Made by a program: the position numbers and the translations under genes
Notes under the pieces: generated by a model
Told to the model about the DNA's origin: nothing
What the model saw: only the letters and a program-made list of their open reading frames with translations
The model's database searches: none
Shown: one piece after another, positions 48,639 through 57,628 of the stretch
Layout: the number at the start of each line of letters is the position of its first letter
Position numbering within the stretch: the first letter of the stretch is position 1
Virus record (IMG/VR): IMGVR_UViG_3300020178_000002
Coordinates: 124,001-188,000 of that record
Length of the DNA: 64,000 nt
Reading direction: 5' to 3' (one strand)

Positions 48639-49285
48639 GTCTCTGACCACTTAAAGAATCTGTCATTCTCTTTGTGAGTTATACCCTTACGCTTCACTTT
48701 ACCTGCTTTCTTCCCACGCACATATCTTTCAAAGTCGGTGAAGTGTTTCTTCTCTAAGGGTGTAAGGTCTTCCTTTTCTATCCCACCCTCAATGAATAAC
48801 CAAAATCTGGCAGAGGCTCTAGCAACCCAGAAAGCATCTGCTTGGTGATTGTTCCATCTTTTAGCACCTTGGCCTTCAGTAGCCTTCTTTGCAGCATCTA
48901 CCATATCTGCTTTACCCATTTTCCAGCCTTTTGGTCGATTGAGGAAATCTGCAGCATGGGCTTTAACTTGATTGGGTGAGAGATAAACTGTGTCTACCTT
49001 TTCAAGCATAAGGGCTTCATTGCTGTATAAAAACAATCCATACATACCCTCTGAATACAAGTCATTAAAGATTGGAGACTCTATCCCTACTCTTAATGTT
49101 TCTGTAGGGTGATTGCTTCTGAGTGTTTTAATAATCTCCATTAAACCATCTCTTAAATCTATATATCTTTTAACAAACAGTGTTGAGGTATCTGTTTTCA
49201 TAGTTCCTTTGTCCATGAACGCACCCTCATCAGAAATAAGAGTCCAGCCAAAGTTTCTTAGTGATGGGTCTAGTCCTAGAATCAT
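48635..49285 (-). CDS. ruvC: RuvC-like Holliday junction resolvase
   Basis: ILGLDPSLRNFGW (catalytic D), GIESP (E), PNQVK, KADMV, HQADAF. Confidence 0.85.
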   Translation of the reverse strand: MILGLDPSLRNFGWTLISDEGAFMDKGTMKTDTSTLFVKRYIDLRDGLMEIIKTLRSNHPTETLRVGIESPIFNDLYSEGMYGLFLYSNEALMLEKVDTVYLSPNQVKAHAADFLNRPKGWKMGKADMVDAAKKATEGQGAKRWNNHQADAFWVARASARFWLFIEGGIEKEDLTPLEKKHFTDFERYVRGKKAGKVKRKGITHKENDRFFKWSET

Positions 49286-49364
49286 ATCTTATTCTCCTTT
49301 GTTTACTTGGTTAGTATATTTATATTTTGTTTATATCTAAACCAAGAAAAAAAGGAGGTGGTCA

Positions 49365-49985
49365 ATGAGTAATGAGAAAGATATGGGTTTGTTGCCTATC
49401 ATGAGTCCCTTATACAATCTAAGGGAGATTACTAAACAAATGGCTCTACTAGAAGACCATTTGAACCACCCTCGAAAAAGATGTCCTGACTGTATCCGAA
49501 AACATTTTTTAACAATAGAAGCTCTTTTTGAAGAAGCAGTCTCCTTAGACAAAACATTTGAATATGGTGAATACTTGGATGGCAAAGCCCAGACTATGAG
49601 AGATATGCAAGCTCATTGGTTAGATAATGATGGTGATGATAGCTATCTAGAGCTTGCACAAGGACTCAGGGCAATCCGAAAAGACTTTGCCCCTATTTGT
49701 TTTGATGTTAGAAAAATGGCAAGTACAAGAAGTCACATCTGTTCTGTCTATAAAGGTCGGCTTTTTTTTTCAACAAAAACCACAACAGAGGTTGAGGAAG
49801 AGAAAATAGAGTCTCTTGTTAGAAAAAACCCTACAAAAAAGCCACCTCGAAAAGACCTTCGAAAAAATAGGTATGAAATGCCAGATCAAGATTTAGAGGG
49901 TACAGGCAGAGGCGATGGTGGAGACAGGGATTTGTCTCGCAGAGACCATAAGATGGCTAGGAACATTCTTAAAAGATGGTGTTGA
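49365..49985 (+). CDS. Two-part hypothetical protein with H/CxxC/H metal-binding N-domain
   Basis: NLREITKQMALLEDHL...RCPDCIRKHFLTIE; RKMAS linker; basic C-terminal part. Confidence 0.75.
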   Translation: MSNEKDMGLLPIMSPLYNLREITKQMALLEDHLNHPRKRCPDCIRKHFLTIEALFEEAVSLDKTFEYGEYLDGKAQTMRDMQAHWLDNDGDDSYLELAQGLRAIRKDFAPICFDVRKMASTRSHICSVYKGRLFFSTKTTTEVEEEKIESLVRKNPTKKPPRKDLRKNRYEMPDQDLEGTGRGDGGDRDLSRRDHKMARNILKRWC

Positions 49986-49986
49986 T

Positions 49987-52743
49987 ATGTTTGATCATAT
50001 ACTAAAAGAGCTAAGAGTCTCTAAAACTTTGCTGGATAAAACATCTGAAGCTCTTAGAAAGAGAGCTGAAGATAAAGAAATTCTTCAAAAAGCTAGAGAG
50101 TCCTTAAAGGATAAAAAATATAAAGACCCCGAGAACAATAAGGAGATCTCTTTTAGTACTGCATACAATAGGAAAGTACCTCAAGCCCAACAAGACCTCC
50201 AGAAAGCCCTCTCCAAAGTCAGGTCTGAAGGTCAAGAAGAAGGTTCAGTGGATACTAGTGGCCTAAATGAAGAACAAGTAGATCTTCTTGAAAGAATAGC
50301 GAAAGGTAAAAAGACCAGCGATATGTCTCTGGTTGAGCAGAGAACCTTAAGAGAGTCTTTGGCCTTACTTTTTGATGCTCAGGACACATTGAAAAAAGAT
50401 GGAGTTGAAGAACCTTTAAAGACAGCAGAGCCTAAGAAGAAAAAACAGTATGCTAAAAAGGTAAAAAAGAAAGTAGTCGAGAAGGGTGAGAAAGTTGTCA
50501 AAAGTCTTAAAAAAGAGAAAGATTTACCAGAAGACACTACCATAGAAGATATTGTAGATGTAGACACCCTAGCTGAAACACATTCTGAAGATGCAAATGC
50601 CATAGATACTACTTTAAAGAAGCAAGAGAGCAGCAGGAAAGATAAGCTTAAGAAGAGGTTTCAAGAGCAAGAACAGAAAGCAGACAAAGATAAAGGTGCA
50701 ATCTTAAAGAGTCTGGAGAAATCCATAGACTCTTTTTCTCAGAAAGCTATTGAAGACCTTGAGGATAAGATAAAAGATGTTAAAGAGTCTTTGCAAAACA
50801 AATCCCATTCTAAAGACAAGCTTGATGATCTTGAAGAACAGCTTGAAGATCTTGAGTACCAGAAAGACATAAGAGAGCTAAATGCAAAAAATACCCAAGC
50901 GAAGTATCAAAAATCATTAAAAGATGCATTGGAAAACATACCTGATTTTGATGATGAACAAACAAAGAAGCTTTCCGAGTCCTATGCTAAAATGGGTGGT
51001 GATCTAGTAAGGAAACTAGAGGATATAGAAGATCTCAAGAGCTTTGTAGATGATAACCTATCAGAGTTAGAAAACTTAGATGAGTCTAGTGAGGAGTATG
51101 CAGAAAATGTAGGTAAACTAATGGCTCTTAAAACAATGAAAGAGGAAGTTATTAGTGACCCTACATTTGGCTTTTCTCCACCAGCTAAGAATTCAAGTCC
51201 AGAATTCTTAGAGGAATACAAAGAGTTTTTAGGGGAAGAACAAAGAAAGAAGTTCAATTCTTTCACCCCCGAAGAAAGAAATTCTGCTAGTTCAAAGCTT
51301 GCGTATGAAAAAGAAGACTTAATGGACATAATAGATGACGCAAGTACTTCACCAGAAAAAAGAGAGGAAGCCCAAAGGAGACTTTTCTTAGTTAAAGAAA
51401 CCGAATCAGCTCTCAACACCTCTCGAATACTGAATGGAGAAGACCCTATAGATGGTTATTACTATGTGGATGAGAATCTTTTAAATATAGCTAAGACTGA
51501 TGATGGTGAATATAATGAAAGTCTAGTCAAAGCTATCTCTGTTATTTCAAAGACAGATGTTTCAAATGAAGAGATGAGAAGCATTGTAGATACTGCTCTA
51601 AAAGATATGCCATTAGAACAGTGGGAGTCCATAGTTGGAGATTCTGAAATATACAATAGTATGAAAGGTCCTTTAGATCCTCTTTACTGTCCCATACACC
51701 CAGACAATATAGCAAAGGGTGTTAGTGGAGAAACAGTAAACAGAAAAGAAGATTGTCCTAGACCTGTTAGTGAGGACATGATCAACACTATCAAAGACAC
51801 TATCAACAAATCCTATTTAGATATACAGACCTCATTTAAAGCTCAATCTAAGAAGAAGTCTCTAACAACTCGTAAGAACAAAAACCTATCTAAGTTTCTA
51901 CATGAAAACCAAGATGATTTTATGGAGAAGCTAGTAAGTGGGGTAGGAAAAGATGGCAATCCAATAACAGACGAAGAAAAGGAAGACTTCATGAATTTCT
52001 TCTTCATGAAGATAAGAGGACTCAGTGTTTTGAATCTTGACCTGCAAGGTGAAAAGATCACAGGTGTTCGAGACATTATGAAGCAACTAAATCGTGTTCG
52101 AAAATTGGATGGGGCAGAGAAGATAAGAGCAACAGAAGAGCTTAAGAAGGTTTTTCTTGATTTAATGGAGAAAGATCCTATCGAAAAGCAGTCTTCTTTT
52201 AATAATCTATTTATTGACTATACTAATACCTATGGAGGTGTATTCATGCACAAAAAATCAACAACATACCAAGACTACCAGAAAAGAAGTAAAGACTTCA
52301 AAGTAGGTATGAAAGTATATTACTTTTGGGAGGGCAACAGTAGCCAACCTGGAGTAGTTGTTGCTGTCTACCCTTCTATTGGTATGGTAGATGTCGAATA
52401 CCCTCATGGCAGTCAAAGAATCCCTGTCGAAGAACTTATCGTTGATGCTTCAGGAGATGTCAAGGCATTGCCTGAGTCAACGATTCCAGGTGGCAGGGGG
52501 GTTGTTCCTGTAAGTGCGAGAGTAGCAAATAACTACTTGAAAAAAGCTATTTATTGGAGAAATATAAATAGAAGATACAAGCTATGTAAAGGTGAAGACC
52601 CCAACAAGCCAAACTGCCCAAAGTGTAAAACCCAAATGGGTAAAACAGTTTATAAGAGAAGAGACTCACAGAGCGAAAGACTATTTGCCTGCCCTAGTTG
52701 TCTCTTTGTTATCAAGTCCTCTGATATTGAAGGAGCAAACTAA
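49987..52743 (+). CDS. Large charged coiled-coil head-region protein with C-terminal SH3-like and zinc-ribbon domains
   Basis: Start moved to ATG 49987; K/E/D-rich; C-terminal FKVGMKV...PGVVVAV and CPKC...CPSC; probable in-frame internal start at 52246. Confidence 0.7.
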   Translation: MFDHILKELRVSKTLLDKTSEALRKRAEDKEILQKARESLKDKKYKDPENNKEISFSTAYNRKVPQAQQDLQKALSKVRSEGQEEGSVDTSGLNEEQVDLLERIAKGKKTSDMSLVEQRTLRESLALLFDAQDTLKKDGVEEPLKTAEPKKKKQYAKKVKKKVVEKGEKVVKSLKKEKDLPEDTTIEDIVDVDTLAETHSEDANAIDTTLKKQESSRKDKLKKRFQEQEQKADKDKGAILKSLEKSIDSFSQKAIEDLEDKIKDVKESLQNKSHSKDKLDDLEEQLEDLEYQKDIRELNAKNTQAKYQKSLKDALENIPDFDDEQTKKLSESYAKMGGDLVRKLEDIEDLKSFVDDNLSELENLDESSEEYAENVGKLMALKTMKEEVISDPTFGFSPPAKNSSPEFLEEYKEFLGEEQRKKFNSFTPEERNSASSKLAYEKEDLMDIIDDASTSPEKREEAQRRLFLVKETESALNTSRILNGEDPIDGYYYVDENLLNIAKTDDGEYNESLVKAISVISKTDVSNEEMRSIVDTALKDMPLEQWESIVGDSEIYNSMKGPLDPLYCPIHPDNIAKGVSGETVNRKEDCPRPVSEDMINTIKDTINKSYLDIQTSFKAQSKKKSLTTRKNKNLSKFLHENQDDFMEKLVSGVGKDGNPITDEEKEDFMNFFFMKIRGLSVLNLDLQGEKITGVRDIMKQLNRVRKLDGAEKIRATEELKKVFLDLMEKDPIEKQSSFNNLFIDYTNTYGGVFMHKKSTTYQDYQKRSKDFKVGMKVYYFWEGNSSQPGVVVAVYPSIGMVDVEYPHGSQRIPVEELIVDASGDVKALPESTIPGGRGVVPVSARVANNYLKKAIYWRNINRRYKLCKGEDPNKPNCPKCKTQMGKTVYKRRDSQSERLFACPSCLFVIKSSDIEGAN

Positions 52744-52744
52744 G

Positions 52745-54133
52745 ATGGCATTTTTAAGGTACGCAAAAGCTAATGTAGTTCGCCCTCAAGTACACGGGCT
52801 AGATTGGGACAAAGTAAGAGTTGCTTCTGGTAATAGGCAACTAAACCAATCTTTAAAGAAAAAAGCTGAAGATATTCTAGGGGAGGCATTTACCCCAGAT
52901 AGATTTCTTTTAACACATGCTACTATCGTATGTTCTGTAGATTCTGTAACGCCTCCAAATACAAAAACAGGATCTATTAAAGAAGGTGGCTTTACTATAA
53001 ACAGAAAGTATTCTGATTACAGAATCTCAAAGGAGACTGACAAGTATATTAATAATAACCTAGACTCATGGTCTAGAGGTGTTATTAAAAGATCTTATCA
53101 GACTTTCATAGGTTCTCATAACTTTGTAGAGCATGTTCAAGTAGAAGAGCTTTCTAAGGGCAAAATCATTGATGCTGTTTTAAGAGACATTGGTGAAAGC
53201 CTCTATGTAGATATTCTAGTAGCTACTGATAGGAAACACAAAGACCTTGTAGAGCAGATTCTCTCTGGCCAGATGAACTCTATGTCTATGGGTTGTTCAG
53301 TCGATTTTACTATTTGTACTAAATGTGGTCACGTTGCAGCAGACGAAACTGAAATGTGTTCACATGTGAAGTATGAAAAAGGAAATACATTCTTTGATGA
53401 CCAAGGCAATAAGCACAGAGTTGCTGAGTTATGTGGTCACGAAGATGTGGGTGAGACTGCTGGTGTTACTTTTATTGAGGCTTCTTGGGTTGCAACTCCT
53501 GCTTTTCCAGGTGCGGTTGCTAGAAATACCATTGAAATACCCTCTTCTGATAACCCCTCAGAAGTTCCTTCAAAATGGGTAGATAAATCTGCAAGCCTTT
53601 CTTTAACTTCTGCTTTTGGAATGGAAGAAGAAGAAGAATCTGAAGAAGGTGGAGATAAAGAACCAGCAGACGAGTCTCTCCTTAAGAAGCTAGATTCAGT
53701 ATATGAGCAAGCTATCATAGACAGATTCAAGAATAAGCTTGAAACTGAGATGAAGAAAGAGAAAGCTCAAGAGAAACTCTATCCTCCCACAAGTCAATCT
53801 TCTGTAGCCCAGAACGACACTGTGATTAAAGAAGGAAAGAAAGTCTCAACCAGAGAGTATACTAAAGCATTAGATATTTCTGTAAAGACAGCTTCTAATT
53901 TAGAAGAAGCACTCTTTAACATTGCTTTAGTAAACAATCACTTTGGTGTCAGCATCCCTTCTCACCTTTATAAGATAGCCAGTAAGCTAGGAAGCACTTC
54001 TAAATATGCATCTGTTCAAGATTATATTGAGAAAGCTGTAAGCCTACATGGTAAAGCATTATCGGAGAAAGATTCTTTCATCTTAATTCGGTTAGCAAAA
54101 ATAACATCCCTTAACAACTTCGGGCAGAAATAA
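52745..54133 (+). CDS. Prohead maturation protease (HK97/herpes assemblin-like) with Zn-binding insertion
   Basis: Start moved to ATG 52745 (AAGGAG SD); NFVEH, GKIIDA, SMSMGC, CTKCGH...CSH, FIEASWVATPAFPGA; upstream of scaffold and capsid genes. Confidence 0.8.
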   Translation: MAFLRYAKANVVRPQVHGLDWDKVRVASGNRQLNQSLKKKAEDILGEAFTPDRFLLTHATIVCSVDSVTPPNTKTGSIKEGGFTINRKYSDYRISKETDKYINNNLDSWSRGVIKRSYQTFIGSHNFVEHVQVEELSKGKIIDAVLRDIGESLYVDILVATDRKHKDLVEQILSGQMNSMSMGCSVDFTICTKCGHVAADETEMCSHVKYEKGNTFFDDQGNKHRVAELCGHEDVGETAGVTFIEASWVATPAFPGAVARNTIEIPSSDNPSEVPSKWVDKSASLSLTSAFGMEEEEESEEGGDKEPADESLLKKLDSVYEQAIIDRFKNKLETEMKKEKAQEKLYPPTSQSSVAQNDTVIKEGKKVSTREYTKALDISVKTASNLEEALFNIALVNNHFGVSIPSHLYKIASKLGSTSKYASVQDYIEKAVSLHGKALSEKDSFILIRLAKITSLNNFGQK

Positions 54134-54169
54134 AGTCTTGCCCTCTACGATATGAAAGGACTATGCCTT

Positions 54170-55819
54170 ATGTCTAGGTATTCCCGTTCTAAGTCTCGCA
54201 TGACTTCAGCTCGAAAAAGTCGTGTTCGCAAAGCAACCTCATCAGTTCCAGGTTATGATAATCTAGGTTGGGATCACTTCGGTCACCCTGCTTCAGCAGA
54301 ACAACCAGATCTTGAAGAATATGGTATTGATTCTGATTTCGGTGAAGGTGTTCGCAAAGGTCCTTATGAGGACAGCCCTGCACCTGCTTCTTACTCATGG
54401 GAGCCTGATCACCCTGCACACTCAAAGAAAGCTCTAAAGAGTGCTATGGAGCGTAAAGCTGCTAAGTGCATTCGTATTGCTGAGTCTCGTCTTGGTAAGT
54501 TTGCTTCTCAACGTGAGATCGAAGATCTTGCACTTCGCTTCATGGATCTTCCTAACAGTGTAATCAACTCAAGAGTTGCTAGCATTGAAGACCCAATGGC
54601 TGAAGAAATTGATGCTATGCATGATATGTATGCAGAAGACATTGATCCAATGGCTGAAGAAGTCGAAGGTATGATGTACGCAGAAGACCCTATGGCTGAA
54701 GAGGTTGAAGGCATGATGTATGCTGAAGACCCTATGGCTGACCTTATGTATGACGACATGGATGACGACATGGGTATGATGGCAGACCTTATGGATGACT
54801 CTATGGATGATTCTATGGATATGATGGCAGACCTTATGGATGACTCTATGGATGATTCTATGGATATGATGGCAGACCTTATGGATGATTCTATTGATGA
54901 CGACATGGATATGATGGCTGACCTTATGGATGATGACATGGGTGATTCTATTGATGACGACATGGGTATGATGGCTGAAAGTCTTTTCGCTATGGAGCAT
55001 GACGCTATGGAGCATGACGCTATGGAGCATGGCATGTTTGCAAGCATTGATGAGCCTGTAGCAGACGACATGGGCGACATCATGGCAGACTTGTTTGGAG
55101 AAGAAACTGAGAGTGAAGCTGATATCCTAGCTGACGAAGTTGCTAGTCTTAAAGCTGCAAATGCCAGACTAGCTCGCAAAGTAAGAAATCTTAGCAGAAC
55201 TGTAAACGCTTCTAAAGCAGAGGAAGTAAAAGCAGAAGAGACTGAGGCAGAAGAAACTGAAAGCACCGAAGAGAAAGTAGCTCGTATCGAGAGACTTGCA
55301 AACGCTTTAGCTGACTACATGGCTGAGATGGAGCGTACTGCTGCTGAAGAGGAAGAAGCTAAAGAGGAAGAAGCTCCTAAAGAAGAAGCTAAAGAAGAAG
55401 CTCCTAAAGAGGAAGCTAAAGAAGAAGCTCCTGCTGAGAAGAAAGCTTATAACTCAATGGCAGATATTCTTGCAGAGCTTGAAGTAGAGAGTGAAGAAGT
55501 TGATCCTATGGCAGAAGAGCTTGAGCCTGTAGCTGAAGACCCAATGGGACTAGACAGTGTGGCTGACATGCAAATTGATGCTCGTCTTGCTTCTATCTTC
55601 ACTGCTGGTGAAGAAGGTGAAGTTGCAGAAGAAACTGAAGCAGAAGAAACTGAAGCAGAAGAAACTGATGCTGGTAAGAAAGCTTCATATCGCCCAAGCA
55701 CTCAAGCTCGTCAAGCATCTGTAAAGACTCTTGGAAACATCAGTCGTGAAGCTTCAAGCTCTGATGAACTCAGCAAGCTTTGGGAATCTGCTCCAGACGT
55801 AAGCAAATTCTTCGGTTAA
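54170..55819 (+). CDS. Capsid scaffold-like acidic protein with Met/Asp repeats
   Basis: Start moved to ATG 54170; highly acidic, low complexity, coiled coil; between protease and capsid genes. Confidence 0.75.
   Translation: MSRYSRSKSRMTSARKSRVRKATSSVPGYDNLGWDHFGHPASAEQPDLEEYGIDSDFGEGVRKGPYEDSPAPASYSWEPDHPAHSKKALKSAMERKAAKCIRIAESRLGKFASQREIEDLALRFMDLPNSVINSRVASIEDPMAEEIDAMHDMYAEDIDPMAEEVEGMMYAEDPMAEEVEGMMYAEDPMADLMYDDMDDDMGMMADLMDDSMDDSMDMMADLMDDSMDDSMDMMADLMDDSIDDDMDMMADLMDDDMGDSIDDDMGMMAESLFAMEHDAMEHDAMEHGMFASIDEPVADDMGDIMADLFGEETESEADILADEVASLKAANARLARKVRNLSRTVNASKAEEVKAEETEAEETESTEEKVARIERLANALADYMAEMERTAAEEEEAKEEEAPKEEAKEEAPKEEAKEEAPAEKKAYNSMADILAELEVESEEVDPMAEELEPVAEDPMGLDSVADMQIDARLASIFTAGEEGEVAEETEAEETEAEETDAGKKASYRPSTQARQASVKTLGNISREASSSDELSKLWESAPDVSKFFG
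54590..55030 (+). repeat. Coding tandem repeats (EDPMAEEVEGMMYA; 45-bp MADLMDDSMDDSMDM; 15-bp AMEHD)
   Basis: Exact 45-bp units at 54779-54823 and 54824-54868, plus degenerate copies. Confidence 0.9.
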
Positions 55820-55963
55820 TCCGAGAATTGTTTAATAGTTTGTTTATAGCAAACGCATAACTAATGGAACTATTGGGGTTGGGTTTTGACCCACCTCTTC
55901 TTTTATTAACACACTACTCACTTGATTACAGTGAGTATGAGCAAATCACATAGGAGATTAACT

Positions 55964-56545
55964 ATGGCTCTACTTGGACAAGCAAGTGGTGGGTTCACTG
56001 AGAGCAGCTCTGCTCTTCGTATTTTGCACGTTGGTGTTCGTAACACTGTCGGTCAACTTACAGAAGACAGCTTCACTCAGACCAACCCCCCAATCGAAAC
56101 TACTGCTGCTAGAGTAAGTACTTCAGCAGGTCTTTTAACCAACGCTCTTGGTATTCTTTCAGGCTCTATTGCATTCGCAAGACCTGACGAGGGTGCTAAC
56201 TATCATGGTGGTCCTTCTGCAAGAGTTGCTGCTAGCGACCGTGTTCTTGGTGTTTTCATCAACAATGCTTCTGGCAATGCTTTTGAGAACCAACCTGGTG
56301 TAGCAAGCAACAGAGGACCTTATGTTTCAGCACAAGGTACTTATGCTAACCGTCTTTATGAGACATCACAAACAGGTGCTGATGTTGCTCTCACTTACAC
56401 CATTGGTGAATCACTATTTGCTTCTGTAAATGGTTACTTAACTAATGACACAAATGAGAGAGCTTTTGATGAGACTGTTATCGGTGTTCTTAAAATCTCT
56501 CCGGACTCTAGCTCAGACGAGTTGGTTTACGATCAACGCATCTGA
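55964..56545 (+). CDS. Putative capsid decoration/cement protein
   Basis: Start moved to ATG 55964 (AGGAG SD); immediately upstream of the major capsid gene; Gly/Ser/Ala-rich. Confidence 0.6.
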   Translation: MALLGQASGGFTESSSALRILHVGVRNTVGQLTEDSFTQTNPPIETTAARVSTSAGLLTNALGILSGSIAFARPDEGANYHGGPSARVAASDRVLGVFINNASGNAFENQPGVASNRGPYVSAQGTYANRLYETSQTGADVALTYTIGESLFASVNGYLTNDTNERAFDETVIGVLKISPDSSSDELVYDQRI

Positions 56546-56563
56546 TAGGAAAGGAAGTATATT

Positions 56564-57442
56564 ATGAGTAATACAGTTGATAATTCAGTAAAACAAAAGA
56601 TCATTAGCGACTACATCAAGACCCCTCAAGGTCGTGCAAAGCTAGCTGCTTCAATGACTCAACCTCTTCGTCTTCGCCGTGACTATACAAGCGTTGGTCG
56701 TAAGACCTTCCTTGTTGAGCAACTTCCTGATGGTGCGTTGCCTATTTACGACAAAGACCCAGACGTAACAGCTTTCGTAGTTGGTGAAGAAGGCGAGAAC
56801 ATTCTTGCTATCACCAAGCCTCGTCGTGTTATCTTCCCTCTCTTTGAGATTGCTTCTAACCCTGAGATTCCTTTAACTCAGATCAAGGAAAGACGCTTCG
56901 ATCTTATCGAGAGAGCACAGGATCTTGCTAGAGCACAAATTCAGGCTGCTGAAGACGAGCGTGTATTCGCTATTCTTGACGCAGTTGCAGCTAATGGTTT
57001 CGACAGCGTTTCTGGTCAAACCAATGCTGACATTCCTGTTATCGCTCCTCTTAATGGTGCTGTTCTTGCTGACGCATACAGCCTAATTGAGAGACATGAC
57101 CTTAGAGTTGCCCGTGTATTTATGAATGCTAGAGACTATGCTGACATTCGTAAGTTCGGTCGTGACATTCTCGATATCGAGAGTCAAGCAGCCCTTCTCA
57201 AGACAGGTCTACAAGCAACTCTTTGGGGTGCTCAAATCATCACAAGTCGTCTTGTTCCTGTTGGTACAGTTTATGTTTGTTGTGAGCCAGAAATGTTCGG
57301 TCGTATCCCTGTTCGTACAGAGTTGACTGTTCTTTCTGCTGACGATCCAAAAGCTCGTACAATCGGCTTCTCTTGCTTCGAGAATCTAGGTATCGGTGCT
57401 TATAACCCTCGTGGTCTTGCTAGACTTACTGTTACTCGCTAA
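56564..57442 (+). CDS. Major capsid protein (HK97 fold)
   Basis: 292 aa; PLFEIASNPEI...RRFDLIERAQ...IQAAEDERVF, VFMNARDYADIRK, LWGAQIITSRLVPVG; strongly biased codons; terminator follows. Confidence 0.88.
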   Translation: MSNTVDNSVKQKIISDYIKTPQGRAKLAASMTQPLRLRRDYTSVGRKTFLVEQLPDGALPIYDKDPDVTAFVVGEEGENILAITKPRRVIFPLFEIASNPEIPLTQIKERRFDLIERAQDLARAQIQAAEDERVFAILDAVAANGFDSVSGQTNADIPVIAPLNGAVLADAYSLIERHDLRVARVFMNARDYADIRKFGRDILDIESQAALLKTGLQATLWGAQIITSRLVPVGTVYVCCEPEMFGRIPVRTELTVLSADDPKARTIGFSCFENLGIGAYNPRGLARLTVTR

Positions 57443-57492
57443 TCATTAGCTAAGTAAATGACCTAGAGTCTAGGTCAAGGGTTATCGAAATT

Positions 57493-57527
57493 AAACCTCA
57501 ACTTCTTCTGGGAGTTGGGGTTTTTTT
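57493..57527 (+). terminator. Intrinsic terminator of the capsid operon
   Basis: AAACCTCAACTTC / GGAGTTGGGGTTT stem plus T run. Confidence 0.85.
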
Positions 57528-57628
57528 ATTTATAGTCCTCCTTAGCTTTGATACTACTTAAAACTTGATCATTCCAAACCCTAGTATTTCGTTTATAGCT
57601 CCCATAGACAAAACAAGGAGTAAAAAAA

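Noticed and set aside
54189-55701. Long antisense ORFs (252, 153, 84 and 78 aa) opposite the scaffold
   Set aside because: Mirror of the Met/Asp/Glu repeats and biased codon use.
57443-57628. tRNA or other ncRNA after the capsid gene
   Set aside because: Only a palindrome and a terminator; no cloverleaf or T-loop consensus. No tRNA was recognised elsewhere by eye.
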